Source of the DNA: Octopus sinensis
Lineage: Eukaryota
Assembly: GCF_006345805.1 (NCBI RefSeq)
Contig: NC_043002.1
Span: forward strand, 17,856,001-17,920,000
Reading direction: 5' to 3'
DNA length: 64,000 nucleotides
Shown here: positions 13,413 to 25,083 of the stretch, piece by piece
Layout: each line of letters opens with the position of its first letter
Position numbering within the stretch: the first letter of the stretch is position 1
Made by a program: the position numbers and the translations under genes
The notes under the pieces: model-generated
The model's database searches: none
What the model was told of the DNA's origin: nothing
What the model saw: the letters and a program-made list of their open reading frames with translations, nothing else

Positions 13413-13608
13413 AGTCGCCATGATAGATCGTTAGCCATTATACACATTTTTTTTCCCTCCTTGTTTTTTTCTCTGTCCATTTCTGTAGAAGAGTGTAGGC
13501 TCGAAACATATAAGACTTCTTTTCTATTCCTGGGCGTTATACTAATACATCTGTATTTTGTACACCACCTGTCTTCGTCTTTTGGGTTTTTCTTTTCCTA
13601 AACTCCCT
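13413..13608 (+). mobile_element. Solo Penelope-type pseudo-LTR, family A, with hammerhead-like motif at 13475-13516
   Basis: Homologous to 35872-36068 and 45804-46026; contains CTGTAGA-A-GAGTGTAGGCTC-GAAAC; flanked by (TA)n and (CT)n. Confidence 0.75.
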
Positions 13609-13770
13609 CGCTCTCTCTCTGATTGACCGATGCCTGACCCGTTAAAATCTTCAGCCACCGGTTCTCAACATACACTGATAAACAGTTTCGCCATGGGCTC
13701 TTAGGAGCCTAGTTCGATTTGTTTTTGCTCCGCCTCTGTTCTGTTTTTGTTTTTTCCAACGGATTTCCTA

Positions 13771-13860
13771 TTTTCTTCCTGAAGAGAAAGACACAATATG
13801 GTCCCATTATTCAATCGGATTTTGGTAAATTGTGCCTTTCGAAACACGTGTAGAATGAAA
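13771..13860 (+). ncRNA. Type I hammerhead ribozyme with intact core
   Basis: Stem I TTTTCTTC/GAATGAAA; core CTGAAGA (13779-85); stem II GAAAG/CTTTC plus CACAAT/ATTGTG; GAAA; palindromic stem III ACACGTGT; GUA site at 13850-52. Confidence 0.85.
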
Positions 13861-14166
13861 TAAAACGATTTCTGTTCAATCTGCGTTCAGCTCCATTTCT
13901 TCAATTCACCAATAATATTTTATATATATATATATATATATATAAATAGAAATATTGAATTTCTAAATATCTCAGAGAGATATAAGCAATGGTGGAACGA
14001 TAGAGCAGTTGTATACTGTCAACTTAACGTGACAGTCCCGTAAAGGGAATCACACCACCGCTATTTAGCCCTAGAAAGCATCAACGCTTCCTGTCGGCCT
14101 TGACACATTTCCTGTGTTCTTATGTTTACAAAGGGGAGACAAACACCCCCAACAGCTAGGCCTGCC

Positions 14167-14207
14167 CCAGAGACATGTTTCCGAGTCTTTGCTCGTCACC
14201 GGTCTGG
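14167..14207 (-). ncRNA. Minimal type I hammerhead, core with two transitions
   Basis: Minus strand CCAGA-CCGGTGA-CGAG-CAAAGA-CTCG-GAAAC-AT-GTC-TCTGG: stem I 5 bp, stem II 4 bp, palindromic ACATGT, GUC site. Confidence 0.75.
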
Positions 14208-14324
14208 AGTAGTATGGCCTGCTAGCTGAAGATACCTGTCTAGATTTTGTAAACATATATATATATATAATTTCAGTGAAGTAAATTCAGAGAGATATTT
14301 TAATCTAGAACCCATTTGTCAACA

Positions 14325-14622
14325 TCAGCTTTATTTGCTCTTTTGGGGTATTTGCCATTGAGAAGTTTTTCTTGCCATTTATCAGTCAGAATCTCTAAGG
14401 CAGCAGTTTTAGCAGGGGTTTTCATACGCTTAGCTTCTTTCTAGCATGTCTAATTCTGTAATTTGATGTATTTGGAATTCACTTAGATATTTCTTTGCTT
14501 GTTTTGTCACTGAGTATGTTGCTTTCTTGCTCTCATGTTTTGAGGCAAGTTTTAGCATCCAGTCGTCAGAGTTTTTCAGGTGGGTATCTAGGCCAATCGT
14601 GGCAATCTCCATTGTAAATGAC
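14325..14622 (-). mobile_element. R4/Dong-type LINE internal fragment
   Basis: Minus strand reads MEIATIGLDTHLKNSDDWMLKLASKHE and KWQEKLLNGKYPKRA (W-EKPLHG-like); its 5' end abuts the (TAA)n tract. Confidence 0.7.
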
Positions 14623-14642
14623 AATTATTATTATTATTATTA

Positions 14643-14705
<63 letters not shown>

Positions 14706-14760
14706 CATTATTATCATTATTATTATTATTATTATTATTATTTTAATATTATTTTTATTA
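14623..14760. repeat. (TTA)n microsatellite
   Basis: About 45 units with occasional TCA. Confidence 0.95.
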
Positions 14761-14769
14761 TTAATATTT

Positions 14770-15290
14770 TACCCTTCAGAGCAGGGTCTAAGTAGCAGTT
14801 GACTCTGTGTGAGCGGGCAGAGCCTGTTGTCATAAATCTCACATGGTCTCTTTCCGCATATTATAATCGGTGATACTTGGATGCTAATTTGATTGTGAAA
14901 GCCATTTAATTCCCAAGCATAAATCTTAAAATTCTTGCAGTCCCCAATAAAGCTATTTGGGGGGGGGGGGGGCTCTTCTGCTCTGATGTCTATTTCAGAT
15001 TCTCCGGCATATTCTTCGAATTGGTTGCTAGGGATCCCAGTCCCACAGCAGCTACAGGTATAACAGTTACTCTCCTCATGCCCACATTCTTGAAATTTCG
15101 TCTTTTAGTATTTTTATTTGTCATCTACGTGTGCATCCCCAAGTATAGCGATATCTATGATCTTGGTTTCCTTTTTCTTTTATCTACGGCACTGTTCTCC
15201 GTGCATCGACTAATGTGCCACATTGGACTGCAAAATCTCAGACGATTTTTATATTCATAGTTCTCAATAACAGTCAAATCCCAAAACATA
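14770..15290 (-). mobile_element. R4/Dong-type LINE 3' end (second subfamily)
   Basis: Frameshifted RLE region on the minus strand (ENYEYK, VDK, IIDIAI-like, RRVTVIPV); its 3' end runs into (TAA)n. Confidence 0.65.
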
Positions 15291-15959
15291 CCTACAAATG
15301 CAAATTCTTGTTCACATTGGAACAAGAATAGTGCAGGTAACAAACTGTGAAGGCTTTCGTTGTGTTGCATATCAAATAATTCGGAAGGGAAAAATCCAAA
15401 AGACAAAAATGGGAAGGAATTGAATGTTAATACTAACATGAATTGCAGAAAAAAACAAAAAAAAAATCAAGTACTGTTTAACATGCTCACAATGCAATGA
15501 ACATTGTTACGGACAAACAAGATCAAAATTACGCAATCTCCCCATGTGAGATTACATAACACAACAGGGTGTCACCTCTTAGAAATGTTCCACGTAGTGA
15601 ACAGCTAAGCATTTGTGCAAGTAGAAAATTCTAAATATTTCCTGCTTGCAAAATAATAAAGAAAATGATAAACTAAGAAAAGGAAATGAATAATACTCTA
15701 TGAGAACCCTAAATCCAAGATTAAGCCGCGAATAAGGAACACCATTACCAATAAGAACTTCTTGTATACGGATTACAGCATACCACGAGTTTAAACAACT
15801 AAACAACAAAATGCTATCACACAATTCGAAAACTTCATTCCAAAATGTTCGTGTCATTCTGTTTTTCTAATTCTTTTTGAAATACTTATGAAATTTAAGA
15901 AAGTCTTTCGTGAAATATCATAAGAATATCGAGTATATTTTTAAATATAGATATGCTAT

Positions 15960-16130
15960 GATTATCAAGTGGCAACTAAGGGCAGCTCCATATGAGGAGA
16001 GGATATTATCTCTAGAATTAATTCCTTTGCTACTGAGAACATCATTAGAAAACTGGCGAACTGATGACACCTATTGGGATAGAAAGGCGTGTAAACAGCT
16101 CTCGTTTATCTACAGAAATTAAGCCTCTTC
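15960..16130 (+). mobile_element. Possible CR1/L2-group LINE C-terminal remnant
   Basis: LRAAPYEERILSLELIPL resembles the SYEERL--L-L motif of CR1-group RT C-termini. Confidence 0.35.
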
Positions 16131-16487
16131 TTAATAGTTTACGGACTTTGAACATTCTTCATCCTTGAATTTGTAGTTCATCTCTCCTTCCCAAGCGGAT
16201 ATGGTCTTCATAACTATTTTGCTTCGCGTCGTCTCGAAGCAATGATAATGTTAACAAATTACAAAGTTATATTGCAAAGTTATATATGGTAATTGATCGA
16301 CCCGTATTAGTCTGTCCTTCTGGCCAAACGTGAGTGCGCGCGTGTGTGTGTGATGTGTGTGCGAGAGTGTGTGCAAGTAGGGACCTCTGTGTGTTTCTGT
16401 GTCTATGTATGAGTATTTGTGAATATAATCCTGTATATGGTTATGGGAACTCATCGTATCCATTACCATACACACATACAGACAGAC

Positions 16488-16537
<50 letters not shown>

Positions 16538-16573
16538 TAATATATATATGCATATACATATACATATATATAT

Positions 16574-16620
<47 letters not shown>

Positions 16621-19617
16621 AATGTGTGTGTGTGTGTGTGGTGTGTATACAGAGAGAAAGAGAGAGTGAGAGATTTGAAATGTTCAAAGCAGTAGGTACT
16701 TATTGCATCAATATATTTAATATCTCACCTCCTGACTTGTTCAAAGGAACAACATATACATTTCAATATAAATCAACATAGTTGTCTTCAATCTAGACTG
16801 TTGGATTGATAGAAAATTTAGACATAATACTGCTGTATGCTTTATTCAATACAAAATATTGATCTCAATAATTGACTATACCACGAAAATAGCTGATATA
16901 TCTTCTGAAAGAATCTAAGCAGTTAATTTCGTTTCCCCGAGGAAATCCATTTAATTTCAGTTTCCTTTTACAACATTAGGAGTGAAAAAATTAATGCTGC
17001 CAAACCATGTTTTATATCTCCCGAAATCATAGGGGGTTTTATCTTGATAAAAGTATCCATTATTGCTTAATTGTGAACAAGGTAGAGGAGGCGTAACTCG
17101 AACCTGCGATGAGACTTTATTATGTTTTTATTAATTTATTTATATATTTATTGTTATGAGCCCTTTCCTTCCTTCTCTTCATTCATATTCTTCAAAAAGT
17201 CGTGAATCTCATTTTGCTCCCTCTTGCTATAAATCTGAGACGTTGTAGCGATTAAAAGAAATCAATATTACTTCAGTTAATATATGCAATATCGTCACCT
17301 ATTTACATACTCTACACAGCTGTCTGACTATAATTATAGATGTGTGGATGATGCATTACAGCTGCTGAAAATATAATATTTATGCTACTATTTTCTAGGA
17401 TAAGTTCTTCCGTAATAACCTAGCGGCCCAAAACCTCATCTTCTTTAATAACCGTTGTAAATGGAAAGCAATTACTGTAAAATTCACCAAAGATTTTTAT
17501 ATATATTTTCTTGCAGAAAAATTACCAATTTCATATTCTAATGCTCCTCTGGCTTGTCACTAGTATTTCTCTTCTAATGATATTTATAATATAAGACTTG
17601 CAGGAACAATTAATCGAATGCATTTTCAGAGGCAAGCTATAACTGAGGTTCGCCGATAATTCCCGAGTTTGACATTTGGGAAAACTTAAAATTACAGAGA
17701 ACTTTATAATCTTTCTTATCACGAATCCTAACTACTTAAGTAATTTAGTCTTTAGAGGATTGAATGAAAGAAATTCTTTCAGTGTGTAGCAGATTAACCA
17801 AATTCACTCCCATTAGTCACATATAAATCTTTAGGAAAAATCTAAGATAATATTCAAGTAAAGCATTAGTGTCAACGAAGATGTGAGGTGATTGCGATGC
17901 CGGAAATTTTCATCACTATAAAAATATGTACATACACACACGCATGTACACACATATGTATATTCGTACGTATGTATATATACATAAGATATATGTCATA
18001 TCTATACACATATACATATATACATCTTGTTTTACGCACATACCTACGTACATATGTCAATACATATATACACAGTCATGAACACCCACACAAGCACTCG
18101 GAGGTTTATATATTTTTGCGTGAACATCTAAAAGTATCTATATCACAGTAGGAACATGCGTATACTTCACGGTCCACACATATCTGTAATCAGGTGTTAT
18201 AAATAAATATTTTTTTGCGAGACACAATTAATTGTTCTCATTAATATATTCTTAAGGCTGTATGAGTGTGAGGGTGGGTACATATAAATACGCTTGCTGA
18301 ACACGATATTGAATTTCTATTCGCATTCTGAATATAGCGACTTCAATTACGTAAGTTTCGACGTCGGAAAATGGACATCAGTAACAAAATAGTTTATCCC
18401 TTCCCTGAGGTTCAGTACCGTTTATGAATCATTAAGTGTTATGGCTGAATAACAATTTTTCGATCACAAAATATACAGATTCGATTATTCCGTTCTCTAT
18501 TTTGCGTCAGCACGCTAGAACGTTTCATAACAAAGTATTCAAATATCCATATATACATAAGTACAAATAGATTCGCATATATACTTGCAAAAATTGAATG
18601 AATATTTTATCGATATTTATGTCAAAATATATATGAAAGTTAGATAATTAAAAAATCTCCTACACTATATCAACATAAATCTGCTGCAAACCGTAAACAC
18701 ACAAATGTATGTGTGTGTGTATACATGTATGTGTGTGTGTATGTTTGTGTGTGTGTGCGCGCGTGTGCGCGCGTGTGTACACACATATATTTATAAACAT
18801 TTAGGAAGTTAAAAGTTGTGGCCGTTCATTGAGTGACCATTGGTTGCCTATACTGCTAAGAGCACTATAGGCGACGTGTCAGATTCAAATGAGTGAAGGC
18901 GCATAAACTCTCTAGAACTGGAGGCAGAAATAGATAACGGTCGGTTGATATGTAAAAAAAAAAAATGATAATTTTCCGTCTGTTTTGGCTATGATGATAT
19001 TCGAAGGACAAGCAAAAGTCTTGTTTTCAGGATAGCGGAATGTCGCAACGTCACGTCTCTTTCCAACCACGTTAGGTACTTTAAAGAGGAAGGAACTCCA
19101 TAGATAATTAAATAGAACCTCCGTGAACAACTAGGGACTTATATAGGCGGAAGCAAACGCTGCAAGCTTGAGTTACCAGAGGGAGCAAGAATTCTTTAAA
19201 AAAAACATCGCTCGACCTTATGATCTTTTCAATCAATTGGAAATAAATATTCAGTCAATGCTCTCATCTGAAATGTTTACTGCAAACCTGGACTTCCTCA
19301 TTCATCGAATAGATCCGGCACAGCTCCCTCGAATATCATCACGCCGGAGCCAAAGTTAGGGAAACAACTCTTCCCACCTATAGAAAGGACAACTATATGT
19401 TTGCTCCCGAAACCAACAGATTGTTACGTATTTCTTCCAGTAGTAGAGAGTTTATGCCCCTTCATCCATGTGAGCCTGACGAGTTGCCAATACTGCTAAA
19501 GTTTGTGTAGGCGCGAAAAAAATTGGATACTCTATGATCGTCCATAAATTTTAACTTGTATGTCCGTATACATTCTTATACTCCTATATACATACTCTAT
19601 ATGTGTAAATGTGTGTA

Positions 19618-19664
<47 letters not shown>

Positions 19665-19874
19665 TTGTGTGTGTGTGTGTGTGTTCTTTTACTTGTTTCA
19701 GTCACGGGCTTTCGGTAGGATAAGAGTGGACTTTAAAGATCTTAGTAAATGAAATGGGACGACAGTTTTTCATTTGTCCCGTACTTTTAATGAAGTACTA
19801 ATTTCAGGAGGCTTGAACAAGACAAACACAAATGAAGAGACATGCAAAGGAAGAGACATACACACTTTTATATA

Positions 19875-20025
19875 AGACCGACTTCCACACAGGTTTTTGG
19901 CTACCATATTGATTCACAATGTACTACTCGTCAAGATGATGCCCAGTGAGGCTACACCCGAGACCACGTGCATGGGAAGCAAATTTCGTAAGCACAGAAC
20001 CATACCCATGCCTGCAGGTGCATAC
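19875..20025 (-). mobile_element. SINE family 2 head, old copy
   Basis: cgacttccacacag and gagaccacgtgcatgggaagcaa resemble the family 2 head in reverse. Confidence 0.5.
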
Positions 20026-20075
20026 GCACAGCATATACATCTCTTTGTGATTTCTCTTTGTGTTTTTACGCGCGC

Positions 20076-20111
<36 letters not shown>

Positions 20112-20514
20112 GTGTGTGTGTGTGCGCGCGCACGCACGCGCGTCTGTTTCTATGTATGTGTGTGCGGGTCTGCTTGTGCGTGCCTAGTGTATGTGGGTAC
20201 ATTATCAAACAAGACATTCGAAGATGTCTTTTGAAGACTCGGATCAAATGTAAAAAATGCTTTAAAAAATAACACAGAATATCTCTAGATAGTTGAATAT
20301 TCCTTATATAGACACCGATGTATGCGGTGGCTATATAAGTAATGTGTTCGGATTCAACAGTGTGTGAATATCTGCCGAAATAAGCAAATAAAGATAATTT
20401 AAGAACACTGCTGACGCAGAAAATATTTGGTATACATTATAGTATATTGGGTTTGCATAACGAAGTACCACGTACCTGAAAATATTTGAGGTAGATATAT
20501 GTAAATACATACGT

Positions 20515-20541
20515 ATAATATATATATAAATACATACGTAT

Positions 20542-20578
<37 letters not shown>

Positions 20579-20651
20579 GTGTATATATATATATGTGTAT
20601 ATATATATATGTGTATATATATATGTATGTATATATATATGTATGTATATG

Positions 20652-20718
<67 letters not shown>

Positions 20719-20745
20719 GTAATATATATATAATATATATATATG

Positions 20746-20835
<90 letters not shown>

Positions 20836-20859
20836 TGTATATATATTATGTATATATTG

Positions 20860-20910
<51 letters not shown>

Positions 20911-20933
20911 GTATATATATATATTATATATAT

Positions 20934-20985
<52 letters not shown>

Positions 20986-21477
20986 GCATGTATATATGTA
21001 TATATATAAATGCATGTATATATGTATATATATATAAATGCATGTATATATGTATATATATATAAATGCATGTATATATGTATATATATATAAATGCATG
21101 TATATATGTATATATATATAAATGCATGTATATATGTATATATATATAAATGCATGTATATATATATAAATGCATGTATATATGTAATATATATAATGCA
21201 TGTATATATGTATATATATATAAATGCATGTATATATGTATATATATATAAATGCATGTATATATGTATATATATATAAATGCATGTATATATGTATATA
21301 TATATAAATGCATGTATATGTATATATATATAAATGCATGTATATATGTATATATATATAAATGCATGTATATATGTATATATATATAAATGCATGTATA
21401 TATGTATATATATATAAATGCATGTATATGTATATATATATAAATGCATGTATATATATATATATATATATATATAC
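20515..21477. repeat. About 1 kb (TA)n-derived tract ending in a 26-28 bp minisatellite
   Basis: Interrupted (TA)n, then 18 units containing AAATGCATG between 20982 and 21450. Confidence 0.95.
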
Positions 21478-21755
21478 TCCTAGCTTTTCCCTGGTTTCAG
21501 TCATATGGCGTAGTGGTTAAGTGCGTGGGCTACTGACACCAAGATTCCGAGGTCAATTTCAGGCAGTGATCTGAATAATAATAATAATAATCAGATCGAA
21601 AAACCCAGGTTCGAAATTTCCCCAAGATACCTGATAAAGGCTGAAGTATATATCAGCCGAAACGTTGTGTTAACAGCAAGATGAGGACAAGTATCCGTCA
21701 AATGTACAAAAATAAATAATGTACATAATTCATCATCTCTTAAGTATAGAACTGT
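21478..21755 (+). mobile_element. tRNA-type head joined to a hammerhead-bearing pseudo-LTR
   Basis: A box TGGCGTAGTGG 21506-16, degenerate B box 21549-60, (TAA)n spacer, then GATAC-CTGATAA-A-GGCTG...CAGCC-GAAAC-GTT-GTGTT (21626-21671). Confidence 0.7.
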
Positions 21756-21780
21756 ATATATATATATATTATATATATAT

Positions 21781-21844
<64 letters not shown>

Positions 21845-21865
21845 TAATATATATATACATACATG

Positions 21866-23115
21866 CAGGTCGGACGGTAATCGAGGACAGATTTATGGTT
21901 TTAAATAAACACTTATATAATAACAGAAAAAAACTGTATTTATATAAAAATAACAGACATAAAGCTAATTATGAATTTAATAATTTAATTGAATAAAACT
22001 ACCATAAACATCCACAAATGCTTCTACGAGGGGTCGAAATCGTTTACAAGCTTTGATTAAGTGGTCTTTGTTCATATCAGACCTGATTTGAATTATGGTG
22101 TCTTTCAAAGAATCTTTGGTGCAATGGGAGTGTTGATTGAGATTTTTCTCAACGATGCCCCAATCGTGGTTGTCCAGTGGATTGAGATCCGTAGAATTAG
22201 GAGGCCAAATGTTGGGGCTCATGTGACCATGCAAATTTTCGGCCATCCATTTTTGTATCATTTGAGCCTTTTGTGATGGTGCAGAATCTTGATGAGAGAC
22301 ATAAGGCCTTGCTTTGCTTTCACTGTTGATCAAAGGCTGAACAACGTGATCTAGAAACATAATATATGCAACAGCATTCCCCCTAAGGCCCTGTGTAAAA
22401 ATATGGAGAGTTATCGCATGTCCTTCATTGGTTGCTAACAGCAACCAAAACCATGACACTTGGAGATTTTCTGTGCTTTACTCTTGGAACTTCAGTAGAG
22501 TCTGCACATAGACAGCTGTTATTTCTTCTGCTAGCTTTCTGGTCCTGGTCAAAGTTTTTCTCACGTGCAGAAAACCAAATCATACCGTCTACTAATGTAT
22601 TTTTATGTTTGTTCAAAAGTCTTTCGGATCTGATTAAACGATTTTGCTTTACTCTGTTTATTCTGACATGAATTGACCACTGTTAATTACGTAAGATTTG
22701 TATCTCATGCCTTCATGCACAACATTTCTGATTGAGTTTTCTGACACACGAATTTATTTTGCAATTGCTCTCAATGATTTTCGTGGATTGTCTTCAATGT
22801 TTTGCTTATCGTCCTGAATAAATTCAAGTGTCCTGATAGAATCAGAACGTTTGGAATGTTTTTTACGTTTTGATATCTTCTTTCTCTAACACACACCGAA
22901 TCTTGTGGACAAAAAATCTTGTTACTTTCAGAAAACAAGAAATTTCAAGTTGACCATATTTAGCCTTCAAGGCCACAATCACAGCATGCCTTTTTATTTC
23001 ATTAGTAAGCATAGTACCTGTCATTGTTATTTTCTGAAATAGAAGTTCAATAAAAATTAGTCAAATAAAAAAAGGACTAAAAATGCAAGTTTTCTCAAAT
23101 ACCGTCCGCACACTG
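21866..23115 (-). mobile_element. Tc1/mariner maT-family (DD37D) transposon, degenerate, near full length
   Basis: ORF 21977-22459 has HQDSAP...WPPNSTDLNPLD with 37 residues between the 2nd and 3rd D; imperfect TIRs CAGGTCGGACGGTAATCGAG / CAGTGTGCGGACGGTATTTGAG; TA at the right end. Confidence 0.9.
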
Positions 23116-23147
23116 TACACATACACACACACACACACACACATATG

Positions 23148-23180
<33 letters not shown>

Positions 23181-23195
23181 ATATATATATATATA

Positions 23196-23419
23196 CTTTG
23201 GAAAACTGTTTACAACCTATATCTGCCTCTAATGGAACTATCTCCAATATTTCATGAGTATAACCTCACCCACTAAGATGTCTAGAGAACTCAAATGTAT
23301 TTTAGCTGATGAGTACGGGACACTTTTATCTGCTGCAATTTTTGCAACTTGTAATAAAGCCTGTCTTTGTATGAAACAATTGTACTAAAAACTAATCCAT
23401 TCTTGTTGCTTCTTTCTCG
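23196..23419 (+). mobile_element. Solo pseudo-LTR-like unit in (TA)n carrying a hammerhead
   Basis: About 225 bp unique segment between (TA)n tracts, containing the hammerhead at 23300-23390. Confidence 0.65.
23300..23390 (+). ncRNA. Type I hammerhead ribozyme with intact core and long stem II
   Basis: Stem I TTTTAG/CTAAAA; CTGATGA 23306-12; stem II GTAC/GTAT extended by GGGACA/TGTCTT; GAAA; palindromic stem III ACAATTGT; GUA site at 23382-84. Confidence 0.88.
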
Positions 23420-23575
23420 TATATATATATATATATGCATGCATATATATGTGTATATATATATATACATACATATATGTATAAATATATGTATATATAT
23501 ATATATATACATACATGTATATATATTATGTATATATATACATATACATACTTACAAGTAATACACACATGTATG

Positions 23576-23610
<35 letters not shown>

Positions 23611-23829
23611 ATATCTATCATATACATATATATATACATATAAATTTATGCATGACAGAGTATGTCTTCCTGGCTCAAAGCATGGAGTTCACTATGTATA
23701 AAATACTTAAGTGATACTGCACCTGAATAAAAGAAACAAAAACTAATGAGTGTTAGCTTTATTTATTGTTAATTGATGTATTTAGATACGGAGGATAGGA
23801 ATGAATTTGTTATTTCTCTTCACATAGAC

Positions 23830-24170
23830 CATTGTTTTGCTGATGTATTGTGTTTAGTATAATTAAGTCCTGTTTTTTCGCAAATTCCAATAATCTTTCT
23901 CTACATTGCAATGTTTTTCCTTTTTTCTGTTTTTCAACCAGTATTTACCAAGTGCTGTTTTGCAAGTATTATGAGCATGTAATCCAATCTTTCCATTCTT
24001 GTCACCTTGAATTATAGGTATGACTTTTTTTTTACTTTACTTCACCAATTTTCTTTTTCTAGCACTTCATACAATTTCTTTTCTACTTCATCCTTATAAT
24101 CGCTAGTTGGAGCATCAATTTCGATGATTAAGATGTCGTATGGCTTAGCTGCCTGTCTTACTGTGCATGT
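23830..24170 (-). mobile_element. Highly decayed RLE-type LINE fragment
   Basis: Minus strand KPYDILIIEIDAPTSDYKDEVEKE and KVIPII resemble the IID-AVP-EKE and VIPIVIG motifs. Confidence 0.35.
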
Positions 24171-24468
24171 TCGCCTATATGTTTTACTTTACATAAGCTA
24201 AAAGTAGAAATGGTACTTAGTAAATCAGGTTGCTTTCCAGGAGCGAAGAATATTCTTCAGTAGATATAAATAAGTAACGTTAGTATTGTAATAGAAAATA
24301 TATTTGAAACACCATTCAGAAATTAACGACTGCATTATTGACCTCAACAGCGAAATTGTTAACTATTATTAACTTATCATGATAATTTCTGGCATCATCT
24401 TACCAATAGTAAATTTTAAAAAGTATTATATATGATCATATAAATATTGCGGGTATCATTTGGTGTTC

Positions 24469-24837
24469 CTTACCAACCACATGGTTCCGGACTCAGTCCC
24501 ACTGCATGGCACCTTGGGCATGTGTCTTCTACTATAGCCTCGGACCGACTAAAACCTTATGATTGGATTTGGTAGACAGAAACTTAAAGAAGCCCATCGT
24601 ATATATATATATTTCTTTACTACCCACAAGGGGCTAAACATAGAGGGAACAAACAAGGACAGACAAAGGGATTAAGTCAATTACATCGACCCCAGTGCGA
24701 AACTGGTACCTTATTTATCGACCCCGAAAGGATGAAAGATAAAGTCGACCTCGGCGGAATTTGAACTCAGAACGTAACGACAGACGAAATACCGCTAAGC
24801 ATTTCGCCCGGCGCGCTAACGTTTCTGCCAGCTCACC

Positions 24838-24868
<31 letters not shown>

Positions 24869-25083
24869 CGTGCATGTGTGTGTTTGTGCCCCCAACATCG
24901 CTTGACAACCGATGCATATGTGTGTACACGACTCCCTCACGTAGCAGTTCGACAAGAGAACGCGATAGAGTAAGTACTAGGCTTACAAAGAATAAGTCCT
25001 GGGGTCGATTTGCTCGACTAAAGGCGGTGCTCCACCATGGCCGCAATCAATGACTGAAACAAATAAAAGAATAAAAGAATAAA
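24469..25083 (+). mobile_element. SINE family 2 copy interrupted by a family 1 SINE
   Basis: Head 24469-24600, (GT)n linker and tail 24839-25083 ending gactgaaacaaataaaagaataaaagaat. Confidence 0.85.
24612..24838 (-). mobile_element. SINE family 1, young copy nested in family 2 SINE
   Basis: Well-preserved tttatcgaccccgaaaggatgaaag, gtcgacctcggcggaatttgaactcagaacg and ctgccagctcacc. Confidence 0.9.

Noticed and set aside
18340-18392. Minus-strand CTGATG...GAAAC as a hammerhead
   Set aside because: A9 is missing and neither stem I nor stem II pairs convincingly.
18900-19500. Possible L2/Jockey-group RT remnant (TANLD-L-HR)
   Set aside because: One short motif is not enough to call it.
20982-21450. 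Regular 26-28 bp repeats as a CRISPR array
   Set aside because: No unique spacers; it is a plain tandem minisatellite in eukaryotic DNA.
20331-21504. Long ORFs of 355-372 aa and the many other IY, CV, YMYV or poly-I ORFs in the track
   Set aside because: They are translations of (TA)n, (TG)n, (ATAC)n and (TTA)n microsatellites that lack stops in some frames.
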